From Macrostomum hystrix (taxonomy: Eukaryota; Animalia; Platyhelminthes), in the NCBI GenBank assembly GCA_950097015.1, contig CATNEN010000039.1:7688001-7752000 (forward strand): 64,000 nt of DNA, in the 5' to 3' direction. Both the position numbers and the translations under genes were made by a program. Below the pieces are notes generated by a model, which searched no databases, was not told the origin of the DNA, and saw only the letters and a program-made list of their open reading frames with translations. Each line of letters begins with the position of its first letter. The stretch's first letter is position 1. Below, in pieces: positions 37,416-49,758 of this stretch.

Positions 37416-37679
37416 GCTGTCTGATCTATAGCTTTTCCTGCAGCACATAATTTATTGCGCACTGCATTAACTAATTGAAGTTGTTGAGTAGACTGTGATG
37501 CGACTGAAGCATGTTAAAAATACAAGAAGCAAAAAGCTTGGGAGTTATAGTTGAAAAGCAGTAAAGGATGAATTTTAATTTGAAAGACGTCTGCCTTCTA
37601 TTTGACTTTGTCTACAGTTTGGTTCTTTTGGACTGCGTCTTTGACGCAAGCAGTACACATCACAGAATAATACATTATT

Positions 37680-37830
37680 CCTTGTACAAGCGAGCGCGAC
37701 TGACACGGCCTTTCGACTTGTTGCGACAGCGGCGCCTACGTCTGGACGTCTGGCTGGACACGAGATCAGTGCTGAAGCCCACTGCTCCGTGCTGCTGCGG
37801 GAAGTGCCGCAGCGAGCGCGCAGGCGCGGA
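37680..37830 (+). mobile_element. Degenerate RTE LINE 3' fragment
   Basis: YKRARLTRP..LLRQRRLRL resembles the end of the 21755-22606 RTE (YQRARLTRPSVLL). Confidence 0.55.
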
Positions 37831-38424
37831 CAGGACGGTCAACATGCTACAATGATCTACTTTTTTCTGACATGTCGCGGCACCGAGACGAGGCATTTTC
37901 CGAGTGCCGGCTAGTACCGCGGCGCTTATTAAAACAGATTTTTATTTTATTTTTTCAGACATTTTTTGGCTTTGCAGAGTGCTACGTCGACATAACTAAG
38001 TTTTCAGCTTCAGTAAAGAAAAAGAAATGTTAGGTTTGTTGATTTTAAGCTGATATGCTTGCAGGTGACATAATTTCGGCGTGACATACACGCAAGGTTT
38101 GTATGAATTCAGGGTGCCAAGATTTCCAGGTGACATGCTTTCGTAGTGAAATGTTTGCAAGGTGACATGATTGCACGGCGATTGTATTGTTGGCAAGATG
38201 CGTTGCGAGAATCGCAGCAAGCATTCCCAGTTAAATAGCTGGGTGAGTTTTTTTGGTTTTCCGACTGTTACCAGTGGGGTTGAAACGAAAACTAGTTAGA
38301 GACTCATTAAAAGCATTCTACGAGTACATAACCATTCTCCTTACATGCCAAGGCAAAAGAAATACTTCAAAGAAATACAAGAAATACTTCATACAAGAAT
38401 ACATTTTAGTCGCGATATCATGCT

Positions 38425-38985
38425 TGGCCTATGAGGCCTACAAGAGAGGATTGGAATGGCCTACGAGAGAGGATTGGAATGGCCTACGAGAGAGGATTGG
38501 AATGGCCTACGAGAGAGGATTGGAATGGCCTACGAGAGAGGATTGGAATGGCCAACGAGAGAGGATTGGAATGGCCTACGAGAGAGGATTGGAATGGCCT
38601 ACGAGAGAGGATTGGAATGGCCTACGAGAGAGGATTGGAATGGCCTACGAGAGAGGATTAGAATGGCCTACGAGAGAGGATTGGAATGGCCTACAAGAGA
38701 GGATTGGAATGGCCTACAAGAGAGGATTGGAATGGCCTACGAGAGAGGATTGGAATGGCCTACGAGAGAGGATTGGAATGGCCTACAAGAGAGGATTGGA
38801 ATGGCCTACAAGAGAGGAGAGAGGATTGGAATGGCCTACGAGAGAGGATTGGAATGGCCTACAAGAGAGGATTGGAATGGCCTACGAGAGAGGATTGGAA
38901 TGGCCTACGAGAGAGGATTGGAATGGCCTACGAGAGAGGATTGGAATGGCCTGCGAGAGAGGATTGGAATGGCCTGCGAGAGAGG
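38425..38985. repeat. 23-bp minisatellite (GAGAGGATTGGAATGGCCTACGA), about 24 copies
   Basis: Directly visible. Confidence 0.97.
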
Positions 38986-39061
38986 CGAGGATGGTGAGGA
39001 GGCAGGTAAGATGCTGAAGCTCGCTCCAAGGCCAACGGTCCAGACAACCAGAGAACGAGAT

Positions 39062-39463
39062 AGTAATAATAATATAATAATAATTGACACTAGACCCAAG
39101 GGCCAGTGCAGGTGTTGTGTGTCAGGCACACTAGCAGGTGGGGACTGCACAACTATTGTACTCCCCGGCTCTCTCGGACACCGGTTGACAGCCGCGTGTC
39201 AGCAATGGAATTTATTTTTCCAAACATATCGGCAGCATCCAAACCCCACAGAATTGCCGCACAGAACTGCTTTATTCCACGCCAGCCGGAATTATTATTA
39301 CCCGACAAAATGTCGGTACTCATTTGCAGCTGAGTAGACTGTGTGCACATCAGGGCAAAGCAGCTTGCCAAAGGCTGCACGAATAGTTCTAGACTAGGTC
39401 GGGAGTCGAACCCAGGACCATCTGATCCAGAGTCCGACACCTTACTGACTGAGCTATCCGCCC
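39062..39463 (-). mobile_element. Second tRNA(Gln-like)-derived SINE family with Deu/Nin-like core
   Basis: Minus strand A box TAGCTCAGTCAG, B box GGTTCGACTCC, core CTACTCAGCTGCAAATGAGTACC, (TTA)-rich tail. Confidence 0.75.
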
Positions 39464-40129
39464 TCAATAAGAGATAATAAGACGAACATCAGGGCTCAAT
39501 GCCCGGCCCGGGACCCGGGCAGGGGACGCTGGGGCACACGCAAAGCCAGCGCGTGCACAATGCAGAGACGCGGAAATGGGAGGTGGGCTATAAGTCCAGA
39601 CGTGCACCAGAGGAGGTATAGGATCACTCCAACCTCAAAGTCAGAGCCAGAGTCACGCCCAAACGCACTAACACGCTAATACAATAACATGAGAGAGCAG
39701 ATGATAAACCCGCTGCTAAAAATAGACATTTTGGGCCCCCGGCACAAAACTTTGTTCTCCATTTAATTATAAGAAACGAAAGTTAAAAAGTCTTCTAACT
39801 AGATGGATAGAGACACGCAAGAGCTAATGATTTCTTCCCCAGACGCGCTCGCGAAACATAAGGAAGGGCAGGTGGCTGTGGTCTGGGGGATGAGACCCAG
39901 CGCCTGCAAGTCAGCTACAAAGCAGTCAGTCAGCGTCACAGTTCGCCCTTGGCCTCGGTGCTTCCGCTCCGTCGGCTAGTGCAGGATGAAGCGCCGTAAA
40001 GTTGGATCGGCTCCAAGGCCGCGCGCGGAAAAGGCGCACCTTCAGGCTGTCCCTTGCGGCGACCAGGCCTGATTCCCCCTGTCAGAGACGATGGGGAATC
40101 AGGCTAGTGATCCGAGCCTGATTCCCCAT

Positions 40130-40540
40130 CATTGCTAGTCTCATCATTAGTCTCTATTATGGCTTGTGATCCGAGGTACCGGAATCGCTCACACACGGCG
40201 ATGACGTCTCCATTGTGCAGCGCAAGTGCCGGGGGCAGTATCAGACCCCACATGCAGCACCTATGTCTCGCGCGCGTTGACCATCAGCCCAGCCCCGGAG
40301 CTTTCTACACATAGCTGAGAAAGAGCGTGTTGGTTAGCAGCTGGGTCACGACAGAGGAGCACTTGAGGAGGCAGCGGAACAGCAGGGGTCGGAAGCTTTG
40401 GCGTGGGACCAGCATGTAGCTGGCGTCCTCATGAAGGAAGCGGCGCTGCACATAATCCATGACCATTATTATAAAGAGGCAGGAGATCCAGCGGGTTGCC
40501 CTGCAGGACGCCAAAGGTTGTGCTGAACTCCACGTGCCAT
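40130..40540 (-). mobile_element. Highly degenerate RTE LINE RT fragment
   Basis: GVLQG, LFIIMVMDYV and FRYLG remnants with frameshifts. Confidence 0.6.
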
Positions 40541-41434
40541 CGCTTGTCTAGACAAATGCCCTGGAATCGCTGTACTGGTATATCTACAAACTTATGCCGT
40601 CCATGCACTTCTGTTAAAGAAAATATTGCGTATTAAGTCATAATTGAGAGATATCCGCTCTTCTGTCTGAGCGCATATTACGTTGACTTTGCTAATGAAG
40701 AGGGCCACTGGAGAAAAATGGAGAAAAATGTCCACTTTGCTTGCGTGTCATGTGCCTTTGCGTCTCACAGAGCCTAGCTGACCCTACATCCTGAACAGAT
40801 TGTACATAACCGGCCACGTAAAGCTGTATCATGAACTGACTACACACTCTAATCTTGCTAATTGCCAGGCCGTGGAAGGTACACTTGGCCATTTGATATA
40901 ACAAAATAACTTTGAAAAGTCACTGGCGACCGAATTTTATCCGCTTGTTTATAGCTTTTACTCTGTTTAGATTAATTTGACACCTGCATGCTAAAAGCGA
41001 TTAGTGGTAATTTTATTGGTCAAAATAGTATTGACAAAATAGTGTATTTAATGACACAGGAAAGCACAGAGTTAACAGAAAGTTTTGTGGACTTCATCGA
41101 AAGCATACTTAAAGCTAGATAAAAAGCCACTGCCCAGATCTGGGCAGTGGGCCTCGAGGCCCATAGTTAGAATCCAAAAACACAATAGCTATTCTCCTTT
41201 CGAGAGCGAAGTGATTTCAGTCACAGTTTTAATTTTCTCTTTAAATTTCAATATAGTTCATTTTTTGTTTTCATGCCTTTGTTTATTTAAAATATTTTAT
41301 TCACCTAAAATGTATCTTATGCATGCTACTGTTTCTCAATCGCCTTTTTTAATCGAATTGTTCAGACTCAAAAATCAAATAAAAAAAATCAGCACCCAAT
41401 CGGCGTGCGCACCTCAATAATAATAATAATAAAA

Positions 41435-41473
<39 letters not shown>

Positions 41474-42071
41474 TTAAATACTCGTACTCAAAACAGAAGA
41501 CGTCAGTATACAATGAGCTAACTGAAAGAAGTCTTCTTGCAATACATAGTTTCTAACTGTGTTGAAACTGATGATACGACTACTTCTGTTCTTCGGAAAC
41601 TCTTATTCCCCCTTTATACCTAAAAGGGACAAAGATTAGCTAAAATTTAGATTTTAAATAGCAGAACAGAAAAAACCGGGTATCTAAATGAAATATTTAG
41701 GACGAAAATTCCTCCAGGAAAAAATAATTTCTTTCCAACCATCGATTTAGATCAATTCATTCATTTTATTGCTATTGGCTTTGCAGTCGTCTCCAAAAAA
41801 GTATAACGCAGTCAAACATCAAAGGAAACTGCCGCTACATGGCCACTTTTTGCCCACTAATTCATTTAGAAGTCAGTAAACGTTCTTAAAATAACTTTCA
41901 GACAGTTGTCTTGCATGGTTCGATAATCACATCCCAACTGTTGGTTTTTAACAGTTCTTTAAATTTTATCTATAAATTCTATAATATATATAAACCAGAA
42001 TGCTCGCTTTTATTAGGAAATTTTAAGACCTAAAATTTCAGTCAAATTTATGAGACCCAAGACAGCCACAA

Positions 42072-42863
42072 ATGAGATCAATCACAGAGTGTTTGCTGCT
42101 GAACTTGCTGTTGCTTAGCAACTTGCCGCTCTTGACAGTGCGGGCTCAGTGCCCCGCACCATTTCGCATCGAGGCGGGCAAGTGTGTGTACGTGGAGACC
42201 TTGCAGATCTACAACTGGTGCTCAGCCAACCGGTTGTGTGCATCCATGGGAGCCGAGCTCATCAACTCGTACAGCTCGCTGCAGTTGATCAACAGAATGC
42301 CGAGCATTTTCTGCGGTTGCAAAATGTGGTTCGGCGTGACTGACTTGGCGGACGAGAGAGGCACCAGTAGATCTGGCTGGCATCTCACCAATGGAAACGG
42401 AATTCTGCCTCTGAACGACTCGCTCTGGTCCTACGGAAAGCCAAACGACAAAGGGAATCAGGACTGCATCAACAACTTGAAGGTCACCTTGGAGTTTTCA
42501 GACATTCTGTTTATAGACCTACAATGTTCAGAATTTCGCGGAGCCGTCTGCGAGTACACGCATGGCGCTAACCCGGCTCGGACAATGTCCAGCGCCAATT
42601 GGCTGCTGACAGCTTTCAAGCGCACCAGCTACAACCCCAGCACTGAGTACTGCTACTCTGACGTGCAGCAGGTTGACAGTGTCATCGAGTGCGTTGCTGC
42701 AGCCATGAGCTCTGGTGGCTACTGCAGACACGTGCTGTTCAACCGCAAGCTGAAACTGTGCCGCCTGCTGGAGTTCACCGACGCTCAGGTCGAGGAGGAG
42801 ATTGAGAACAGCGCCGACTGGGTGAAATTTAGGGTTTCTCAGTCGCTGCCAAGTCTTGTCTGA
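42072..42863 (+). CDS. Secreted C-type lectin + Cys-rich C-terminal module, copy A2 (intronless, intact)
   Basis: Signal peptide, MWFG, W..GKPND...QDC, C.....AVCE. The upstream 250 bp is homologous to that of A1. Confidence 0.88.
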   Translation: MRSITECLLLNLLLLSNLPLLTVRAQCPAPFRIEAGKCVYVETLQIYNWCSANRLCASMGAELINSYSSLQLINRMPSIFCGCKMWFGVTDLADERGTSRSGWHLTNGNGILPLNDSLWSYGKPNDKGNQDCINNLKVTLEFSDILFIDLQCSEFRGAVCEYTHGANPARTMSSANWLLTAFKRTSYNPSTEYCYSDVQQVDSVIECVAAAMSSGGYCRHVLFNRKLKLCRLLEFTDAQVEEEIENSADWVKFRVSQSLPSLV

Positions 42864-43785
42864 GCTGGGCTGTCGTGTCGCCTGAGCATGTTCTGGCTCC
42901 CAAGAAATATTCACATGCAACTCACTCAATGCAATGAATGAAGCAGATTTTTTAGCACGATTTAGTGAAACTGATACTACTATGAAACTAATAACTTGAA
43001 TTCAAAGAAAATAAGAAAAAATAATAAGCATTCCGCAAGCAGTTGTCTTAATTGGCAGCATTTGTCAGCTAACTTCTTAATTCAGGCAGCTCGCTGCTCA
43101 TGACTTGGAGAATCGAGGAAAACAAGATATTGGTTTATTAGCACAAAATAACGGCTTAATAAGTATTAAGACTGGTAATTACCCTGTTTTAAATGGACCG
43201 CGTACTGATGACACGAAAGGCCGCATTCTGTAAAAAGCACATTTATTATAATTACCACAGTCGTCGTTTTGGCTATGGCCATAGCCAAAATAACTAGAGT
43301 ATAGGGGCCAACGATCCTAAAACACTTTTGGATCTGTTTTTAGGATCTTTGAGAGGGACTTTTTGAACCTAGCTCACGATCTAGTCTGCTTCTTAGATCT
43401 GATCTGGTTCAAGCACGTACCCAAGGCAAACATTTTGTCATATATAATCCGATCCAAGGAATCTAATGAAATCTACTAAATCAAGAGACCATTTTATATG
43501 GTTTGAAGCTAACAAAAGCTAGATAACACTAAATGCTTATGGTGAAGAGCCAACACAAAGCGTCTGATGTTCGCTTCTCGTAGATAAGTATAAGATAAAC
43601 CCCTCTTGAATTCGTTTCTTGGCCTAGACGGTTGTAGTAAAGTAGTAAAGTAGTAAAGTAGCGGGCTCGGAATGCATTCCTGCCCGCTCCAACTCATTCC
43701 TGCCCGGCACTTTTGTCTATAGGTAAAATCGAGTTGTCAAGCTGCGTTTTTTGAAGAAGCCTAGAGAAGTCAGACAGAGAGGGTA

Positions 43786-45118
43786 CACTCAGCAACAGTC
43801 AAAAGTTCCACCCCTATCGCGCCTAGTCAGAGATAACTTCTCGCTCACAATTCAACCCGCGAGTTACGCAACTACGCCGCGAGGAGGGAAGGGTGATTGA
43901 ATCAATAATAACAAAATCACAAGTTCTTTTTTATGCAATATGCAGTTAGAATCGCAATGCTTAATACCGCGTGTGGGATCTCCTCGCACGCAGAAGAGCG
44001 GCGACTCTGCGGGGCATCCCCAAGATGAGGCGGCGCAGAAAGTCCTGGGGAAGTTGCTGCCAAGCGTTTGCAATGGCGTGACGCAGCTCCGCAACATTCT
44101 GTGGTGCATTCTCTTTTCGAGTGCTGCGCTTTAGAAAGTCCCAGACATGCTCGATTGGATTCATGTCTGGGGACCGGGAAGGCCAGCGCAGAGTGCGGAT
44201 CTGTAGCTGCTCTTTCACTTGACCAACAGCATCGGCTCGATGTGGCGGCGCGTTATCATCCTGGAGAATGCAGTTGCCAACTCCTCCGAAAGCAGCGTCG
44301 GCAGGAACCGAGTCTGCAGAAGATCTGCATAGCTATTAGCGTTCACGTTGGCATCCAGGGAGACGATATCCGTCCTTGAATGTAGCGAGATGCCGGCCCA
44401 AACGTGCACTGAGGCAGCCTGGCTCTCAGCGCGCTGTACATGCTGTTGCAGCATCTCCTGCCGCGGTTCTCGCCAAACGCGGGTGCGACCATCTGCTTGG
44501 AAAAGTCGGAACCGGCTCTCGTCAGTGAAAACAACGCGTCGCCACTGCTGCTGCCTCCAGTGGACGCGCTGCATCGCCCACCGCTCTCGGCTGGCGATGT
44601 GGGCAAGACTGAGTCGAGGCCGCTTGCGCATCTTGCGAGAGCGCAAGCTCTGCTTCCTGCTCTGCTTCTTTCACCCCACATCAGACGGAGCAGGGTGGCT
44701 GGCAGGGTGGGAGTTCGCCTTACTATTTGCAGCAGACGGCGATTTGCTCTGGCTGTTGAGCCACGGAGATCAAGGCGCTGACAGCCTTTCGCAGCGTGTT
44801 CCACGCTGCCAGTCTCACGGGACTTTGTCAGCAGTTTTAAAATTGCTTCCAAATCTGCGAGCAACTTCGCTGATGGACACACCGACTTCCAGGATTCCAA
44901 CAGCACGCCATCGTTCAGCATTAGCCATTTGCCGGATCATATTTTAAATCGTGTGTGTGGATTAGACTGAAAATTTTGACTTTTAAAGTTACGCAGTTTT
45001 GCACCATTACACAGACCCAAGCCCCCCAAGTGACAATAAGCTTCGCTGCGTGTCGCAAGCTGCGTCAAGAAAAACTCCATCTCGCTTGGAGGGCGGAACT
45101 TTTGACTGTTGCTGAGTA
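43786..45118 (-). mobile_element. Tc1 (DD34E-type) transposon with short TIRs; frameshifted transposase (44940-43961)
   Basis: TA-flanked TIR of about 27 bp (ACTCAGCAACAGTCAAAAGTTCC); FTDESRF, QDDNA..H and WPSRSPDMNPIEHVW lie in different frames. Confidence 0.92.
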
Positions 45119-45340
45119 TATTTAATAGAGAAGAAATTCCTAAACATTTTTAACTTGCAAAGAATTGCCACTCTGACGATTGTACAGGGCATCGGAATGA
45201 CGCAGCAACAAGAAGAAGAGAAGCGGAAACAACTGATTTCTAACGCACTCACTGTTGCTCTGAATGGTGATCTTCTGCCGGAAGATGCTTCCTCTTCAAA
45301 ACGTGCCGTAATCGTTGAACCGTCGACTGTAGCTACGGCG

Positions 45341-45947
45341 GCGGGGTGAGTGGGTCAGCGGCTAATGTCGCTGCCTCACTTTCCTATGGTCGCTGGTTCG
45401 TTCCTCCCTCCAAGTCACGATTATTTCGGGGCTTAGTTCGAGGTTAGAAGTTTGTAGTTTAGTAGTGACTCGCAAACTTAGTAGTTTGCGAAGTAGTGAC
45501 TTGCGGAGATGTACCTTATTCTGTGCAACCAAAGCTAATTTAAAATAGCTTAACCCCGCCTTCTGCATGCCTGCTTGTTTGTGTTTGTTTGTGCGTTGGG
45601 CCGGGTGTGAGGCGTTGTATGGGGGTGGGGCGGGTGTGCACCAGCCATGCGTGCTCTGAGCGGCGAGGTTTCACCAGCCGTCTGGGCGCGTGGCTTGGTC
45701 CTCTCGTCCCTACCCTTCAAGCATCTAAGTCCTCCCTGGTTTGGTCTATGCGTGTGCGGGCCTGGGGTGAGAGACACTCCGGCTGCCGCCCCCATCCCCG
45801 CTTGGCTTGCGGCTGTGAGGTGCCTGTGTCCAGGGGTCCAGATGGCGCGATGGGCGACTCCCGCCTAGTTCGCTGGCCTGGGGGCATGCCGTTCCTGCGC
45901 TTGTGCGTCAAGTGCCCCAGGCCCCCTGCAATTAAGTAAGTAAGTAA
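45341..45947 (+). mobile_element. Non-coding non-LTR retroelement with (TAAG)n tail, probably RTE-mobilised
   Basis: TAAGTAAGTAAGTAAG tail; 12-bp TSD GTAG[C/T]TACGGCG (45329-45340, 45948-45959). Confidence 0.65.
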
Positions 45948-45975
45948 GTAGTTACGGCGCCTGTTAACACGGAAA

Positions 45976-46665
45976 GCCTATACCGTAGCAGCCTAACGCA
46001 GCAGCCTATACCGCAGCAGCCTAACGCAGCAGCCTATACCGCAGCAGCCTAACGCAGCAGCCTATTACCGGAGCAGCCTAACGCAGCAGCCTATTACCGG
46101 AGCAGCCTAACGCAGCAGCCTATACCGCAGCAGCCTAACGCAGCAGCCTATACCGCAGCAGCCTAACGCAGCAGCCTATACCGCAGCAGCCTAACGCAGC
46201 AGCCTATACCGCAGCAGCCTAACGCAGCAGCCTAACGCAGCAGCCTAACGCAGCAGCCTAACGCAGCAGCCTAACGCAGCAGCCTAACGCAGCAGCCTAT
46301 ACCGCAGCAGCCTAACGCAGCAGCCTATACCGCAGCAGCCTAACGCAGCAGCCTATACCGCAGCAGCCTAACGCAGCAGCCTAACGCAGCAGCCTAACGC
46401 AGCAGCCTAACGCAGCAGCCTAACGCAGCAGCCTAACGCAGCAGCCTATACCGCAGCAGCCTAACGCAGCAGCCTATTACCGGAGCAGCCTAACGCAGCA
46501 GCCTATGCCGCAGCAGCCTAACGCAGCAGCCTATACCGCAGCAGCCTAACGCAGCAGCCTATACCGCAGCAGCCTAACGCAGCAGCCTATTACCGGAGCA
46601 GCCTAACGCAGCAGCCTATACCGCAGCAGCCTAACGCAGCAGCCTAACGCAGCAGCCTAACGCAC
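45976..46665. repeat. Mixed 13/15/16-bp minisatellite (CGCAGCAGCCTAA / CGCAGCAGCCTATAC)
   Basis: Directly visible. Confidence 0.95.
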
Positions 46666-47319
46666 TGCCGAAAAGGATGGAATTCGACTAAATTCGACTA
46701 ACATTTAAGGATGTCAGCTTTTGTCGATGGACTCAGAATGGACAGATATTTTTTAGTGTTTCCTTATGTTTCTTGTTTGCAAACGGAGAAGTAAAAATAT
46801 GAGAATTAATACTGTATTGTCATTGTTAATGCTAATAATAAAATTTTCATCCAAAAAGGTTTGCCATAGCCCATAGGCAAAAAAAATCTCGGGCACACAC
46901 AGACAATTTCGTAGGCCGTGCGCCCGCAAAATCATGGGACAACAAAGAGGCATCCGTGGCCCGGTCGAGCGGGAAAAAAGCTTTTGTTTCCTGGGGGCAA
47001 ATAAATGCAAAGCTTTAATGCATAGACTGCGTTGGCGGGCGAACGGAAATTCATATTATTCGTCCTGAACAAATAATGTTTTAACATACAACCATAGACT
47101 TATATACAAATCCCGGCAGTGCCACCAGGACGAAGGCGAGCCCATAGACGCGCCAGGCTCTGGAGTGCCTCTGGGGCCTGCCGTTTCGAGGCCCTGCGGT
47201 AGACGCTCATTAGGGACCAAATCGTCGCCAGCTGCCGCAGCGAGTCACTAACAAATAAAGAGACTGCTGATCGTCCCGAACATCAGCTCGAACATCAGAG
47301 AAATAGGCAGCCATCGTGT

Positions 47320-47877
47320 CGAAGGTGGCATCAGAAGAAGTGGCGCGCCTAATTCAGCGCGAGCTGCAGGCCGGCTCAAAGTGCATTCGATGCCGGCCGG
47401 CCTGGCCACAGGAGGACATCAAGGCAAGCGATGCAGCAGCTGCAGCAAGCTCAACGACCTCGCCAGGGCCTGCCTCAGCGCCCTCAGCAGCCAGAACAAG
47501 ACCAGCCCGACGAGCCGCCCGCCATCTAGCCCGCCGTTCTCTGCAAGCTGAGCAGCAAGGACGACAGCGCAAAGTTCCCCATCCGCATCAACGGAAAGCA
47601 AACCCGCACACTGATTGATAGCGGGGCGAGCTGCATCGTCCTGGACATGCAAACGTTTCGCAGAATCTGCAGCCCCGGCCGACCACTGACGCCATCCAGC
47701 ACCAGGGTGCTCGCGCTCGGCACTAGCCAGCCGCTGGAGGTGACCAGCCAGGTCCAGCTGCCCGTATGCCAGCTCGCAGCAACTTTCATAATCATCAGCA
47801 GCATCTGCACTCCAATCCTTGGCAGAGTTTTCAGCACGAGGCTCGGCATGAAACCACACCGAAGGCGAGACCGCTGA
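47320..47877 (+). pseudogene. Degenerate LTR-retrotransposon gag-protease remnant
   Basis: PIRINGKQTRTLIDSGASCIVLD (retropepsin DSG) at about 47578-47645, preceded by a broken CxxC. Confidence 0.7.
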
Positions 47878-48987
47878 AGCCGACGGAGCTGCCGGAGTCA
47901 CCCTGGCTTGAGCGGTCTTTGTCAGCATCCAGGTTTTCGCATCGTAAAACGAAGACTAAGGAGCCCGGCACCACAAGGTCACGCCGCTTTAACCACATGC
48001 CAACGGAGCTACATAAAAATGAAACCTGAGACTCAACAGAGCCATCCGTGCAGCCATAGCTCAAGGCAGAGACTTGACGGCGGCTTTCGAAGAGTGCCTG
48101 GCAGGCGAAACGCCACACTGCGCCACCGGGGTGGCCCCGACCAACTTCACCCAGCTGCCAGAGCGACGTTTTTAGAGGCCGGCTTTCCGAAGTTGACTTC
48201 CGAAAAGTTCAAGCTCTCGGGCTCAATGAAAAGACTAAACCCCGAAAATTCCCAATTGTTATTTCGAATGAAGCTTTACTGAGGAGCAGAGCACGGAGTG
48301 TTGTCGCACGATGTGAATAATGGGTTCGACAGTTGTTGAGTTCTGTCTTCGCGAATTCTCGGCCTAGAGATTTAAGCAAGAAGAAACACATTTTGAGCAG
48401 CATTGTAATCTCGATTGCTTTCATGACTCTCGCTGATTGGTTGTTCCGTAGACTAATGACAATAATTTACCTAAAGGGAGCATGAAGCGACTTGGGTGGC
48501 TTATTGGCCAGAAGTATGGCGCAAAAGCATTTTTTGCACCCCACTGCTATTCTTGGATTTCATTGGATTCATAATGAAAGACAAAGATTTGCTTTGGCTT
48601 GTATCTAATTTACATGACAATTACGAGATCTGCAAACTGAGACCTGGGTGAGCTTATATTTCTAGACCTTATTTAGCTTTTGCTTCTGCTTTTGATAATA
48701 GAGCTTTGTATTTCTATTTTTGTTCACAGAAATAAGGTCCTTATACTTAAAAAATACAGACAATTATGAAAATTTCTTTGGGACTGCTTTAACTGAATTT
48801 TATTAAATTTATTTTTCTAATTTTATTGGCATACTAAATTCTGTTTACGAGTATCAGTATTAACATTGGACCTGTTTACCGAGAATAGTGGTTTGAAAAC
48901 TCAACTTCTTTCAATGCATTTCTTGAGTTCTACGCGAATATTTCTTTGGAGCCAGAAAATGCTCAGGCGACACGATCATAGACCAGC

Positions 48988-49758
48988 TCAGACAGGACTT
49001 GGCAGCGACTGAGAAACCATAAATTTCACCCAGTCGGCGCTGTTCTCGATCTCCTCCTCGACCTGAGCGTCGGTGAACTCCAGCAGGCGGCACAGTTTCA
49101 GCTTGCGGTTGAACAGCACGTGTCTGCTGCTGCTACCAGAGCGCATGGCTGCAGCAACGCACTGGATGACACCGCCCACCTGCTGCACGTCAGAGTAGCA
49201 GTACTCAGTGCTGGGGTTGTAGCTGGTGCACTTGAAGACAGTCCTCTGCCAGAGCAAGCTATTTTGAGACCGGCTTTGCGAAGTTGAATTCCGCCATTCG
49301 CAAATAAATGTTTTTTTGAAAGAGCAGAAATTATCAATTAGATCACTGATGATGAGGTTGGAATTATGCAGGCAGTCCTGGTTTCCATTGTTGTTCGGCA
49401 TATTGGAGTACCATATGGTGTTGTCCAGGGCTAGAATGCCGTTATAATTCACCTGCTGCCATCCAGCTCGGTCAGCAAATCTCTCATCAGCCAGGTCGCT
49501 CACTCCGATCCAAATCTGGCAGCCGCACTGCTGGACACTCGGCATAGTCTTTAGCAGCTTCAGTGAGCTGTACGAGTTCAGGAGCTCGCCTCCGATCGAC
49601 ACACAATACCTGTTGGCCGAGCACCAGGTCAGCCTCTGCGACATGTCCACGAATATGCACCTGTTGGCCTCGAATCTGAACGGGTCGGGACACTGAGCCC
49701 GCACTGCCCCCAGCGGCAAGACGGTCAGAAGGCACAGCATCAATGTCGATCGGCTCAT
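48988..49758 (-). CDS. Secreted C-type lectin + Cys-rich module, copy B2 (inverted duplicate of B1)
   Basis: Nearly identical to 36645-37415; GGYCRH is changed to GSSSRH. The duplication includes about 560 bp of upstream DNA (to about 50323). Confidence 0.88.
   Translation of the reverse strand: MSRSTLMLCLLTVLPLGAVRAQCPDPFRFEANRCIFVDMSQRLTWCSANRYCVSIGGELLNSYSSLKLLKTMPSVQQCGCQIWIGVSDLADERFADRAGWQQVNYNGILALDNTIWYSNMPNNNGNQDCLHNSNLIISDLIDNFCSFKKTFICEWRNSTSQSRSQNSLLWQRTVFKCTSYNPSTEYCYSDVQQVGGVIQCVAAAMRSGSSSRHVLFNRKLKLCRLLEFTDAQVEEEIENSADWVKFMVSQSLPSPV

Noticed and set aside
38253-39337. Repeat-protein ORFs (also 56192-57075, 57414-58259, 27459-28108)
   Set aside because: Stop-free minisatellites open in several frames with no unique coding context.
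43205-43230. Hammerhead ribozyme (CTGATGACACGAAA)
   Set aside because: No stem II pairing and no stem III/UH cleavage triplet.
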